64,000 nucleotides of DNA from a virus (taxonomy: Duplodnaviria > Heunggongvirae > Uroviricota > Caudoviricetes): the IMG/VR virus record IMGVR_UViG_3300032326_001208, positions 1 to 64,000 of that record. The stretch is one strand, 5' to 3'. Shown here piece after piece: positions 27,878 to 37,330 of the stretch (its first letter is position 1; each line of letters starts with the position of its first letter). Below the pieces are notes generated by a model, which made no database searches, was not told the DNA's origin, and saw only the letters and a list, made by a program, of their open reading frames with translations. A program made the translations under genes and the position numbers.

Positions 27878-28993
27878 ATGAAGTTAGAAACAATTTACAA
27901 AAAAACAAAGACAGGGGCTACTCAAGAGTGGACAATTGAAGTAGTGGGTAATAAGTACCGAACCCATAGTGGACAAGTTGGTGGTGCTATAACTACAAAC
28001 GAATGGACAGTAGTGTATGGTAAGAATGTAGGTAAAGCAAATGGTACTACTGATAATGAGCAAGCTCTTAAAGAAGCTGAAGCTAAACGTACAAAGAAAT
28101 TAGAGAGTGGTTATTTTGAGAATATCAAACACATCAATAAGACTCAATACTTTGAACCAATGTTAGCGGCTAAGTGGGATGATTATAAAGATAAGGTTAC
28201 ATATCCAATATTCTCACAGCCAAAGCTGGATGGCATTCGTTGTATTGTAACAAAAGATGGTATGTTTAGTAGAAATGGTAAACCTATTGTATCGGCACCA
28301 CACATTCGTAAACAATTGGATTCGTTATTCAATGAATATCCTAGTTTAATATTGGATGGTGAATTGTACGCTGATAAATTCGCTAATGATTTTAATAAAA
28401 TCGTATCGTTGGTTAAAAAAACAAAACCAACTCCAGAAGATTTGAAAGAAAGTGAAAAGAATATTGAATATCATTGTTACGATTTACCGGATAATCAAAA
28501 AACCTTTTCAGAAAGGTATAATAGATTGCAAATATTAAGTTCATACCCATATAGAGTGTTTACTGGTACAAACGTTGTATTAGTTAAAACTACCAAAGTA
28601 AATAACGAAGATGAGTTAATGGAATTGTATGGCGAATATGTTGATAAAGGATATGAAGGCCAGATGTTGAGATTGGACGCTAAATATGAAAACAAACGAA
28701 GCAAATCCCTATTGAAACATAAATCATTTGTGGACGAAGAATATATCATTAAAGATATTTGTGAGGGTGAGGGTAACCGAACCGGAACTGCTGGATATAT
28801 GGTATTTGAAACAGCAGATGGAAAACCTTTCAAATCAAATGTAAAAGGAACTTGGGAAGAAACTGCTGAAATGTTAAAGAGTAAAAAGAAACTAATAGGT
28901 AAACAAGCAACGATTAAGTATTTCAATTTAACACCGGATGGTATTCCTCGTTTTCCTTTTGTGATTAACATTGATAGAAATTCATATGAGTAA
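27878..28993 (+). CDS. ATP-dependent DNA ligase (phage/Chlorella-virus type) with an about 90-aa N-terminal extension
   Basis: EPMLAAKW ... SQPKLDGIRCIV carries the KxDG adenylation motif I; the downstream segments LDGELY, EGQMLR and LLKHK correspond to the ligase nucleotidyltransferase and OB motifs. Confidence 0.8.
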   Translation: MKLETIYKKTKTGATQEWTIEVVGNKYRTHSGQVGGAITTNEWTVVYGKNVGKANGTTDNEQALKEAEAKRTKKLESGYFENIKHINKTQYFEPMLAAKWDDYKDKVTYPIFSQPKLDGIRCIVTKDGMFSRNGKPIVSAPHIRKQLDSLFNEYPSLILDGELYADKFANDFNKIVSLVKKTKPTPEDLKESEKNIEYHCYDLPDNQKTFSERYNRLQILSSYPYRVFTGTNVVLVKTTKVNNEDELMELYGEYVDKGYEGQMLRLDAKYENKRSKSLLKHKSFVDEEYIIKDICEGEGNRTGTAGYMVFETADGKPFKSNVKGTWEETAEMLKSKKKLIGKQATIKYFNLTPDGIPRFPFVINIDRNSYE

Positions 28994-29390
28994 AGATAAA
29001 AAGAAAAAACCCGATTTGGTTGTATGGGATGAGCAACGTGGTTACTATCCAAGAGAATTAACCTATGGTAGTAATAACGGAGCACCTGCTATTAAATTAG
29101 AAGATGTTGGTGGCTGGAAACAAATACAAGCTCAAAACGCTAATAAGATATTCACCAAAAAGTATGAGGAAATAAAAGATGAATTCAAAAAATTAGTGGA
29201 TGAAGTTAGTTGGAATGAATTTGTATATTCAGTAACTTACAACTTTATACCTGTAATAGGTGAAACATATTATCTATACGAAAAAAATGATGGTAGTCCA
29301 TTCCTTTCATTAATAGCACCTGATGAATGGAATATGAAATTTATAGGTGCAACAAGATTAGAATCCAATAACAAATGGATAAAGTTATGA
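28986..29390 (+). CDS. Hypothetical protein
   Basis: Trimmed to MSKDKKKK. Confidence 0.5.
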   Translation: MSKDKKKKPDLVVWDEQRGYYPRELTYGSNNGAPAIKLEDVGGWKQIQAQNANKIFTKKYEEIKDEFKKLVDEVSWNEFVYSVTYNFIPVIGETYYLYEKNDGSPFLSLIAPDEWNMKFIGATRLESNNKWIKL

Positions 29391-29953
29391 AAAATTTAAT
29401 AGTAATTGGCCACCCAAACAAAGATAGTTTTTGTACGAGTGGCATTGCAAAGACAATCAAAGAAACTCTTGAAAAAAATAAGCAAGAAGTATTTGTAATT
29501 GATTTGTATGCAGAAAACAAAACGTTTGAATTCCATAAAGATAAAGTTAGTGAATACAAACAATTAATTACTTGGGCTGATAAGATTTACTTCGTATCAC
29601 CAGTGTATTGGTTTAGATGTTCGCCGGCTATGGAATCATTCTTTGACCAAATCTTTACACCTGGATTTGCGTATAAGTTTACACCCGTTACAAAAGTGTA
29701 TGGATATCCAACTCCTTTGTTAAGTGACAAAAAAGTAAGAACTTATTTAACGCATGGTGCACCTGCTTTACCTGTTATGACACTTTATTTGAATTCAGTA
29801 AAGTTAAGATTGGTGATGGGTGTATATTCATTTGTGTTCGGTTGGTTCAAAACAAAGACAAGACAATTTTGGAGTGTGCCATTTGTTTCTCACAATGACA
29901 GATTAGTTTATTTGGAAAAAGTAAAAGAAGATGTTAAAAAAGATTTAAAGTAA
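29375..29953 (+). CDS. Flavodoxin-like NAD(P)H-dependent oxidoreductase (quinone-reductase family)
   Basis: LIVIGHPNKDSFCTSGIAKTIKETLEKNKQEVFVIDLY ... ADKIYFVSPVYWF matches the Flavodoxin_2 N-terminal pattern. Confidence 0.55.
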   Translation: MDKVMKNLIVIGHPNKDSFCTSGIAKTIKETLEKNKQEVFVIDLYAENKTFEFHKDKVSEYKQLITWADKIYFVSPVYWFRCSPAMESFFDQIFTPGFAYKFTPVTKVYGYPTPLLSDKKVRTYLTHGAPALPVMTLYLNSVKLRLVMGVYSFVFGWFKTKTRQFWSVPFVSHNDRLVYLEKVKEDVKKDLK

Positions 29954-30288
29954 TGAAATACATAATCACATATATTGTATTCCTATTCGCTTTGTATTTA
30001 GGAATTGGAATTAAAAAAATATTCAAACGTTATAAAATGTTCTTGGACAAAAATTATTGGACAGATTATAATGTGATTGAATTCTTTGCATGGTTTGCCA
30101 AAGCAATCATTATCATTCCAGGTTTAATATTTGGTATTGAGATTTGGCAATTTCATTTCTTAACATTGATTACATCCTCTTTGTTAATTTGGGCATCAAT
30201 GAGAAAAGATTTACCTACATTGATTGCATTCAATACGATATGGATAGTGATTTCATTAACAATATTAGTAAGACATTTAATACCTTAA
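29953..30288 (+). CDS. Hypothetical multi-pass membrane protein
   Basis: 111 aa with three hydrophobic helices. Confidence 0.45.
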   Translation: MKYIITYIVFLFALYLGIGIKKIFKRYKMFLDKNYWTDYNVIEFFAWFAKAIIIIPGLIFGIEIWQFHFLTLITSSLLIWASMRKDLPTLIAFNTIWIVISLTILVRHLIP

Positions 30289-30289
30289 T

Positions 30290-30574
30290 ATGAATCCAAC
30301 ACAAATAGCACAACGAATGGTAGCTCAATTAAATCAGCAACCAATGATGTTTTCTACAAAAGCAAAACCTATATTTGTAATTAGAGTACCACAAGCTATG
30401 AGCAGTACCGAAATTAGACAAGTTAGGGATAGTATGTTTAAAGACGATATTAAAGATGATTATCATATATTAGTAGTACCGGCCCAAGTTGATGAATTTG
30501 AGTTTGAAATGTATAACGCCGATAAGATTGAAGTGCAAGAGTGGAATAAGTTAGTTAATAAGATTCTTAAATAA
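30290..30574 (+). CDS. Hypothetical protein
   Basis: 94-aa ORF. Confidence 0.45.
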   Translation: MNPTQIAQRMVAQLNQQPMMFSTKAKPIFVIRVPQAMSSTEIRQVRDSMFKDDIKDDYHILVVPAQVDEFEFEMYNADKIEVQEWNKLVNKILK

Positions 30575-30628
30575 ATTTGGTATATTCAAAATAATTTCGT
30601 ATATTTGTAAAATAAAACATAAAATAAA
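30575..30628 (+). promoter_or_regulatory. Promoter (TTTGG-N19-TATATTTG)
   Basis: atttggtatattcaaaataatttcgtatatttgtaaaa. Confidence 0.55.
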
Positions 30629-30976
30629 ATGATAGATTTTTTAAAAAAGTACAAAACGCAAATCTTTAATATCATTACGATATTTTTGATTTTAGAATTC
30701 GTAATTTATCCTGGCCTCACAAAAGCTGATACCGTATCAAACATATTAGCAGGTATTGGATTTTTGTTATTGATTGTATGGGGTGGATTAGCACTTTACA
30801 GCTATATAACATCGGATAAAGGTGGTATAGTTGATAAAGAGGAATTGAAGGAAGCTGAACAAATGGTTAAAGAGGTTAAGAAAACTACAAAGAAATCAAA
30901 CCCTAAACAATTTGATGGAGCTAAAAGTGATGGACCATTTGTAAAAACAAAAAAGAAAACAAATAAACAAAAGTAG
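30629..30976 (+). CDS. Membrane protein with Lys-rich tail (DGPFVKTKKK)
   Basis: Two TM helices plus a basic C-terminus that shares the motif DG(K)PFVKT(K/R)KK with 34039..34797. Confidence 0.45.
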   Translation: MIDFLKKYKTQIFNIITIFLILEFVIYPGLTKADTVSNILAGIGFLLLIVWGGLALYSYITSDKGGIVDKEELKEAEQMVKEVKKTTKKSNPKQFDGAKSDGPFVKTKKKTNKQK

Positions 30977-30977
30977 T

Positions 30978-31901
30978 ATGGAATCAATGAGTGAAAGATT
31001 TGCTCGTTTAGAAAAAGAGCGTGAAGAACAATTACAACAATATAAATTAGAACAACAATTAAAAATTAAAAAGATGACAAAGATTATCGGTGGTAGTATC
31101 GTTGGATTATTTCTAATGGTATTTTTATTTAAGTCTTGCGAAAGAATTGATGCAGGACACGTGGGTGTTAAAGTAAACCTTTATGGTGATAACAAAGGTG
31201 TAAGTGATGTGACTGAAGTGACTGGTATGGTATTCTATAATCCAATTACACATTCAATCTATGAGTTCCCTACATTCATTCAACACAAAGAATATACAGG
31301 TGAAAATTCATTTGTAGTAAATAGTAAAGATGGTAGTGAGTTTCACGTTTCACCAATCATTAACTATTCAGTAAAGAGAGAAAAAGTTCCATCAATCTTT
31401 GCTAAATATCGTAGAAGTTTGGACCAAATAGAAGAAGGGTTTTTGAAAACATCTGTATTTGACGCATTCAGATTAGCAACTAACAAATATACAGCCGATG
31501 AATTAATTGGTAATAGACAAGCATATGAAGTTGAGGTTCGTAGAATATTAGAAGGACAATTGTTAGCAGAAGGATTCATTGTTAATCAATTCACATCAAA
31601 TCTAGTGTATCCTGAAACGTTCAAAGCGGCAATTGAAGCTAAGAATAACGCAGTTCAAGCGGCATTAAGAGCTGAGAATGAAGTTAAAACCGCCGAAGCA
31701 CAAGCAAAGATTAAAGTAGCAACTGCGGAAGGTAACGCACAAGCATTACTTACATCGGCAAAAGCTGAAGCTGAGGCAAATAGAATGAAGCAACAAACAT
31801 TGACACCATTGCTTATTCAATTAGAGTATGTACAAAAGTGGGATGGTAAGTTACCAGTATATGGTGAAGTTCCACAACTATTTAGAAACATTCAAAAATA
31901 A
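30978..31901 (+). CDS. SPFH/band-7 (HflK/stomatin-like) membrane protein
   Basis: TM helix, then IDAGHVGVKV, then an Ala/Glu-rich coiled-coil tail (AENEVKTAEAQAKIKVATAEGNAQALLTSAKAEAEANR) typical of HflK/HflC. Confidence 0.7.
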   Translation: MESMSERFARLEKEREEQLQQYKLEQQLKIKKMTKIIGGSIVGLFLMVFLFKSCERIDAGHVGVKVNLYGDNKGVSDVTEVTGMVFYNPITHSIYEFPTFIQHKEYTGENSFVVNSKDGSEFHVSPIINYSVKREKVPSIFAKYRRSLDQIEEGFLKTSVFDAFRLATNKYTADELIGNRQAYEVEVRRILEGQLLAEGFIVNQFTSNLVYPETFKAAIEAKNNAVQAALRAENEVKTAEAQAKIKVATAEGNAQALLTSAKAEAEANRMKQQTLTPLLIQLEYVQKWDGKLPVYGEVPQLFRNIQK

Positions 31902-31925
31902 AATAAACCACAAAAAACAAAAAGT

Positions 31926-32711
31926 ATGAAAAGTAAATTACACATTTTAGTATTAGGACTAGTTATTGTATTCAGTAGCTGTACCGTAGTGAGACAAGGT
32001 GAAGTAGGTGTAAAAAGAACAATTGGTAAGATTCAGCAAAAACCTTTAACCGAAGGTGCTAGATTATTCAATCCGTTACTTACTACAATCATTAAACTTC
32101 CAACCCGAACTGTAAACATGGAAGTTAGATTGCCATTACCTTCAAAAGAGGGTTTGACGGTTCAATCTGAAATTTCTATATTATATAGATTAGATGGACA
32201 ATCAGCACCTAATGTAATTGAGCAGTTAGGAACTAATTATGAGCAAGTAGTAATTCTACCTGTATTCCGTTCAGCAGCAGCTGATGTATCTTCACAATAT
32301 TTCGCAAAGGATATGCATACCGGACAAAGAGCGGTTATTGAAAAGGATATTAAAAAGTTAATGGATTCGCAACTTAAAGGTAGAGGGTTCACTATTGAAT
32401 CAGTTCTATTAAAGAGTATCGTTCTACCAACTGGTTTGGCTAAAGCAATTGAAGCAAAATTAGAGGCAGAGCAAGATGCACAAAGAATGGAGTTCACACT
32501 TAACAAAGAGAGACAGGAAGCAACAAGAAGAATTATTGAAGCAGAGGGTGTTCGAAATTCACAAAAGATTATTTCAGAAGGTTTGACACCAATGTTATTA
32601 CAATTCAAAAGTATTGAAGCATGGTTGAAACTTTCAACATCACCTAATTCAAAAGTTATTATAACAAGCGGTAACCAACCATTTGTAATTAGTCCTGAAT
32701 CACAAAAATAA
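31926..32711 (+). CDS. SPFH/band-7 (HflC/prohibitin-like) lipoprotein
   Basis: Lipobox VFSSC, then VVRQGEVGVKRTIGKI ... EAKLEAEQDAQRMEF ... RRIIEAEG. Confidence 0.7.
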   Translation: MKSKLHILVLGLVIVFSSCTVVRQGEVGVKRTIGKIQQKPLTEGARLFNPLLTTIIKLPTRTVNMEVRLPLPSKEGLTVQSEISILYRLDGQSAPNVIEQLGTNYEQVVILPVFRSAAADVSSQYFAKDMHTGQRAVIEKDIKKLMDSQLKGRGFTIESVLLKSIVLPTGLAKAIEAKLEAEQDAQRMEFTLNKERQEATRRIIEAEGVRNSQKIISEGLTPMLLQFKSIEAWLKLSTSPNSKVIITSGNQPFVISPESQK

Positions 32712-32803
32712 AATAATATGTACGAAAAGTCTTGGTAATTCCAAGACTTTTTCGTATATTTGTATCTATTAACAAACAAAAATAAGCATGGAGGCTTAAA
32801 CCA
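32712..32803 (+). promoter_or_regulatory. Promoter (ttttcgTATATTTGta)
   Basis: tcttggtaattccaagactttttcgtatatttgtatc; the inverted repeat cttggtaattccaag overlaps the -33 region. Confidence 0.45.
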
Positions 32804-33064
32804 ATGAAGTGTATTAAATGTATTAAACAGACAAAGAGCTACGATTTAGACGAAATTCGTAGAACCGATGACCAGGACGCAGAAGAAAAAGTAAGGAGTG
32901 GCGTTTGGAAATTTATTCCAAAAGAGGAATGGAAGGGAACGTTGAAAAAAGCAGTAGTGAAAAATGAAACAATTGTTTCACCGGAAGAAACCGATGAATT
33001 AACTATTGCCGAAAAACAATTGAAAGGTAAAAAGAAAAAAGTAAAAGATGACAAAGGAAAATAG
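32804..33064 (+). CDS. Hypothetical Lys-rich protein
   Basis: 86-aa ORF. Confidence 0.4.
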   Translation: MKCIKCIKQTKSYDLDEIRRTDDQDAEEKVRSGVWKFIPKEEWKGTLKKAVVKNETIVSPEETDELTIAEKQLKGKKKKVKDDKGK

Positions 33065-33065
33065 T

Positions 33066-33629
33066 ATGAAGATTGTTGAATTGTATCCAGAAATGTTTAC
33101 ATTCACAGTTAGAGGATATGAGCACAACGTGTTTGAAAAAACATACAATAAAGCGTTAGCGTATATCCATAAAAATATAAAGTGGACTCGTAAAATTGAT
33201 TATATCCAACAAACAAATCCGTATAGATATGAGTTTGAAGTTGGTAATGGTTGGTTTAAAATTATTTACGAATTAGTGGATGGTATCAAAGTTAATGACT
33301 TAAAAAAAGGTGACTGGATTACAAAAGTAACTCAATGTAAAGAAAAATTTGGTGGGTTACGTTTTTATGTAACCGGTACATCCGATAAAAATTGGGCATT
33401 GATTAGAAACGCCGAACAAAAATCGTATGGAGTATGTGAGGAAAGCGGTTCAGAAGTTGAAGTTGGAATTTGGAATAACGGATGGGTTCGAACTATTTGC
33501 CGTAATTACGCTTTAAAAATGTATTATGACATGGTTGATAGGGGTGAAGCTAAAAAAAGTTTTGATGAATACTGGAAACCACGCGAAGCATCTGCAACTA
33601 TTGAAACACCAAAGAAAAAAAGAAAATAA
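33066..33629 (+). CDS. Hypothetical protein
   Basis: Trimmed to MKIVELYPE. Confidence 0.5.
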   Translation: MKIVELYPEMFTFTVRGYEHNVFEKTYNKALAYIHKNIKWTRKIDYIQQTNPYRYEFEVGNGWFKIIYELVDGIKVNDLKKGDWITKVTQCKEKFGGLRFYVTGTSDKNWALIRNAEQKSYGVCEESGSEVEVGIWNNGWVRTICRNYALKMYYDMVDRGEAKKSFDEYWKPREASATIETPKKKRK

Positions 33630-33892
33630 TGAGTTTAGCTCAAAGAGAAGTTTGGGACAAAGGATTAAAAGAAACACAAATGAGTAATAAACACATTGAA
33701 ATAGTACGATATGATAATGCTAAGATTCATATTAGAGAATATGTAGGTGAAAGAGTTTTATCACCGGTTACATATCAGCCGGCAATTATCAAAATGATTG
33801 GCGCAAGATTATTGGTTATTAATCCTGATAATCAAGAAGAGTACTATGACTGTAGATATGAGGATTGTACTATTAAAAGAGTGAATGGATAA
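33629..33892 (+). CDS. Hypothetical protein
   Basis: 87-aa ORF. Confidence 0.45.
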   Translation: MSLAQREVWDKGLKETQMSNKHIEIVRYDNAKIHIREYVGERVLSPVTYQPAIIKMIGARLLVINPDNQEEYYDCRYEDCTIKRVNG

Positions 33893-34038
33893 TAAAATAA
33901 TAAATTATGAAAGAAAAATTAACAAAAGCATTAGAAACATTCGGATACCTAGTTGTAATAGGGTTAGGATTTTATATTCTATATTTTGGATTTAGAATGT
34001 TCTGGATACTTTTACAATCAATTTTAAAATAAAACAAT

Positions 34039-34797
34039 ATGTTAGCATGGATTTTCCTATTCGTAGTATTAGCATTCGTTGGTAAGCTAGTTTACGATGT
34101 ACAACAAAAGAAAAACAAACCAACACAAACCAAAGATGGATTTGATAAGGATACACTTCAAAAGTTAGCAGGTATTATACCAACGAATCCTAATGATGAA
34201 GTTCGCCAATTTTTAGTTAATAACAATATTATTGACGAGGAAAAACTTAAAGAGGAATTAAGGAAGGGAGAATTTCCAGCACCAGACCCATCAATACCGG
34301 TAACTACGGCAAAACTAACTACAATTGGTGGCAGTTATGGGGATAGTGACCCATTGGCACAGGTTCCAATGAGTAGAGTATCGGACGAAGGTAAAAAGAA
34401 AATGGCTGAAATTGCTAAGCAAGATATTTCCGATAGATTGGATGCACAAACTAAACAAATGCTTGAATCAGAATTAGGTCCTGTTATTGACCAACTAGCA
34501 AAAGAGGTATTAGCAGAATCGGCTGATAAAGACAAGGTTTCAATTGTTAATAAAATCCAACCTAAAAAGAAAAACAAACCAACACAAACCAAATGTGGAT
34601 GTGGACGTAGTGAAACGGGCTTTTGTACCGGATTGCATAGAATTCCTAAAAAGGATTGGGATAATGGAGTTAGGGAAATTCCGGAACTAAAACCCAAAAA
34701 GAAAAATCCAAAACAGGATATCAAAGTAGTGGATGACGGAAAACCATTTGTAAAAACAAGAAAAAAAGCAACTAAAAAGAAAAAAGAAAATGAGTAA
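34039..34797 (+). CDS. Membrane-anchored protein with an internal repeat and a Lys-rich tail
   Basis: N-terminal TM helix; KKNKPTQTK appears twice; C-terminal DGKPFVKTRKKATKKKK. Confidence 0.5.
   Translation: MLAWIFLFVVLAFVGKLVYDVQQKKNKPTQTKDGFDKDTLQKLAGIIPTNPNDEVRQFLVNNNIIDEEKLKEELRKGEFPAPDPSIPVTTAKLTTIGGSYGDSDPLAQVPMSRVSDEGKKKMAEIAKQDISDRLDAQTKQMLESELGPVIDQLAKEVLAESADKDKVSIVNKIQPKKKNKPTQTKCGCGRSETGFCTGLHRIPKKDWDNGVREIPELKPKKKNPKQDIKVVDDGKPFVKTRKKATKKKKENE
34108..34134. repeat. 27-nt perfect direct repeat, copy 1 (aagaaaaacaaaccaacacaaaccaaa)
   Basis: An identical copy lies at 34567..34593 inside the same ORF. Confidence 0.8.
34567..34593. repeat. 27-nt perfect direct repeat, copy 2
   Basis: Identical to 34108..34134. 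Confidence 0.8.
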
Positions 34798-35101
34798 AGA
34801 AGCATTTCAATTAGCAAAGCCGTTGGCGGACAGAGTACTTATTGAAAAAGAGGAAGTACAAACAAAAACAACAGGTGGTATTATCATTCCAGAAACCGCT
34901 AGAGCAGAAGATACAAAGATTGGAGTTGTAGTTTCAGTTGGCGAAGGTATATACACAAACGATGGGGTTAAGATTCCAATGAGTGTAAAGGTAGGCGATA
35001 AGGTTATGATGCCACAAATCGGGACTGCACAAATTGTGAAACTAGAAAACAAAGAATATTATTTATTCAGAGAACAAGAATTATTAATGATTATAAAATA
35101 A
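34790..35101 (+). CDS. groES: Co-chaperonin GroES (Cpn10)
   Basis: PLADRVLIEKEEVQTKTTGGIIIPETA ... VVSVGEG ... VKVGDKVMMP, about 100 aa, collinear with bacterial GroES. Confidence 0.85.
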   Translation: MSKEAFQLAKPLADRVLIEKEEVQTKTTGGIIIPETARAEDTKIGVVVSVGEGIYTNDGVKIPMSVKVGDKVMMPQIGTAQIVKLENKEYYLFREQELLMIIK

Positions 35102-35106
35102 AAATT

Positions 35107-35553
35107 ATGGCAACAAAAGTATTATTTAAAACAGCAAAGGGTGACATGGTAGCAGAATTATATGACGAGACACCAATTGCATCTGGCAACTTTAAAAAAT
35201 TAGTTGAAAAAGGATTTTACAATGGATTAAACTTTCACCGAGTTATTCCAAACTTTATGGTTCAAGGTGGATGCCCGAACGGTAGAGGTGATGGCGGACC
35301 TGGTTATACAATTCCGTGTGAAGTAACTGCACCAAAACAATTTCACGATAGGGGTGTGTTAAGTATGGCACACGCCGGTCGAAATACTGGTGGTTCACAA
35401 TTCTTTATTTGTCACAATAGAGCAGGAGTTGCACATTTGGACGGTAATCACACTTGCTTCGGTAAAGTAATTGAAGGGGTTGAAGTGATTGATTTTATCA
35501 GACAAGGCGATTCTATTATTTCAATTGAAGTTATTAAAGAAACCAATGCCTAA
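35107..35553 (+). CDS. Cyclophilin-type peptidyl-prolyl cis-trans isomerase
   Basis: FHRVIPNFMVQGG ... GVLSMAHAGRNTGGSQFFI ... HTCFGKVIEGVEVI are cyclophilin signatures. Confidence 0.85.
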   Translation: MATKVLFKTAKGDMVAELYDETPIASGNFKKLVEKGFYNGLNFHRVIPNFMVQGGCPNGRGDGGPGYTIPCEVTAPKQFHDRGVLSMAHAGRNTGGSQFFICHNRAGVAHLDGNHTCFGKVIEGVEVIDFIRQGDSIISIEVIKETNA

Positions 35554-35797
35554 AATGATTGAATTAAAAGAGTGGATTAAGGACGGGATTGATATTCGTA
35601 AAACAAATGAAGGGTATGTAGTGTTTACGATACCTACTCAGCATTTCAATATCAAAGAGTTGGACGAATTAACACCTGAAAGATTTAGTAAAGAGGTTGA
35701 AATTCAAGAAAAGAATATTGAATTACAAAATGAGCTATTAGGCGAAGCATTTGGTAAAAGAGTTGAAGCCGGATTATTTAAAGATTTATTTGATTAG
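35546..35797 (+). CDS. Hypothetical protein
   Basis: Trimmed to MPKMIELKEW. Confidence 0.4.
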   Translation: MPKMIELKEWIKDGIDIRKTNEGYVVFTIPTQHFNIKELDELTPERFSKEVEIQEKNIELQNELLGEAFGKRVEAGLFKDLFD

Positions 35798-35799
35798 TT

Positions 35800-36021
35800 A
35801 TGAATTGGGATATATTCGGATACATAGGAACTGTAGTGGTCCTTTATTCGTTCACAATAGAAAACATTTACCGATTGCGTTTAATAAATTCAATCGGTTC
35901 TATGTTTTGGATAGTTTACGGATTGGGTATTATGGCGGGACCTACAATTGTAGTTAATGCTTGTGTATTAATGATTCACATTTATTGGTTTATAAAACAT
36001 CGTAAAGAATGGCAAAAATAA
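35800..36021 (+). CDS. Hypothetical membrane protein
   Basis: 73 aa, two TM helices. Confidence 0.4.
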   Translation: MNWDIFGYIGTVVVLYSFTIENIYRLRLINSIGSMFWIVYGLGIMAGPTIVVNACVLMIHIYWFIKHRKEWQK

Positions 36022-36236
36022 TTTATTTAGAGGATACGATTACTTTGATGGCGAATACCGGAAAAATGAATGTAGTAAAACAAATAGCGAAGTTGGGCGA
36101 GTTTACTCAAACAAAAGATGGGTATCGTTATATAGTTTTGGACGAAGATAAAAGAAACGATATCTGTCCAATACATAGCACATTATTGAATGAGGACGGA
36201 AGTTGCAACAAATGTTTAGATGATAATAACAGATAA
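36009..36236 (+). CDS. Hypothetical protein
   Basis: 75-aa ORF. Confidence 0.4.
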   Translation: MAKIIYLEDTITLMANTGKMNVVKQIAKLGEFTQTKDGYRYIVLDEDKRNDICPIHSTLLNEDGSCNKCLDDNNR

Positions 36237-36237
36237 A

Positions 36238-36582
36238 ATGATATTAAAAAATCCTGAAAAGTTATTAAAAACAATTATACCAAGTGCAACAGGTAATTTG
36301 ATTTGGTGTGTAACAAACGTCAATGTAACGATGGATGACGAAATTACATATGTATTTCAATTCCAAACGCAAGTACCTGTTATAAATTCACCTAATCAGC
36401 AATACTATTCTATGACTCGTGCAAGAATTGAGGAAGCTAAGTTAAATTTTTATAGAGTTCAGCATGAAAATACATACGAATTGTTTTGTTATGGACAAGT
36501 ACAACGTGGATATTGTACCGATATAGACACAATGGATAAATTTATTGATGTATTAAGATATATGCTACCAAACACTTATTAA
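36238..36582 (+). CDS. Hypothetical protein
   Basis: Trimmed to MILKNPEK. Confidence 0.45.
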   Translation: MILKNPEKLLKTIIPSATGNLIWCVTNVNVTMDDEITYVFQFQTQVPVINSPNQQYYSMTRARIEEAKLNFYRVQHENTYELFCYGQVQRGYCTDIDTMDKFIDVLRYMLPNTY

Positions 36583-36583
36583 G

Positions 36584-36880
36584 ATGCTAACAATAGAAAA
36601 CGAAAGAAAATTATTAGGTACTATATTGCATGGTAGCGGAAGTGCCGGTCCAATGGAATGGGTTGTAACTTCAATAAGACCACATTTAAATCACTATGTA
36701 ATTTTTATTGAACAAACTGAAAATGGTTGGGACAAGAAAATAGTTTTGGACAGAAGTTTTTCACCGTTTAAACTTGGATATCAATATAAATTAGAGTGTG
36801 GAAATGAAAAAAAGTACATACACAGAGACGATATGAAAAACATTGATATATTCAGTAATCATTTAGAATCATTTATTTAG
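36584..36880 (+). CDS. MLTIEN-family protein 1
   Basis: Begins atgctaacaatagaaaac (MLTIENERKLLG); abuts the upstream stop. Confidence 0.6.
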   Translation: MLTIENERKLLGTILHGSGSAGPMEWVVTSIRPHLNHYVIFIEQTENGWDKKIVLDRSFSPFKLGYQYKLECGNEKKYIHRDDMKNIDIFSNHLESFI

Positions 36881-36881
36881 T

Positions 36882-37190
36882 ATGCTAACAATAGTAAACA
36901 TAGAAAAACTTTACAAACAGGATGTAGGTGAATGGAGAATAGGTAAAGTAGTAACAATGGATAGTGCATACCTAATTGAATTAAGACAATCCAATGGCCT
37001 ACGATTGCAAGTTAATTTAGAACGAACTGCAATAGGTAATAGTGATTCGGCACTTTATGAATTATGGTTTTGGTCTAATCAATCAGGAAGTGGAATACCA
37101 ATTAGAAGGATGTTAAATAAACCGGATTTGAAGTTAGGCACTGTATATGTGACTGATTTGATAAAAGATATGCTAGAATCTTTAAAATAA
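36882..37190 (+). CDS. MLTIEN-family protein 2
   Basis: MLTIVNIEKLYKQ; conserved 5' DNA segment. Confidence 0.6.
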   Translation: MLTIVNIEKLYKQDVGEWRIGKVVTMDSAYLIELRQSNGLRLQVNLERTAIGNSDSALYELWFWSNQSGSGIPIRRMLNKPDLKLGTVYVTDLIKDMLESLK

Positions 37191-37195
37191 AAAAA

Positions 37196-37330
37196 TATGA
37201 GTATAGAATTTCATTTCATTTGGGGCTTCTTAATAGGAGCAGGAGTTGGTGCACTAATTGCGTTAATTGTAGCACATAAAATAGTAAAAAGAGTAATAAA
37301 AAAAGTTTTATATGAGCATAACATTAGATA
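37196..37330 (+). CDS. Hypothetical small TM peptide (44 aa)
   Basis: MSIEFHFIWGFLIGAGVGALIALIV... found by eye; overlaps the next ORF start. Confidence 0.25.

Noticed and set aside
27878-28993. RNA ligase rather than DNA ligase
   Set aside because: Motif context (PMLAAKW...KLDGIR and downstream OB-fold motifs) resembles compact ATP-dependent DNA ligases of T7/Chlorella-virus type more than the Rnl families.
28495-29085. 196-aa minus-strand ORF
   Set aside because: Antisense to the DNA ligase gene, which has clear motifs; low-complexity translation.
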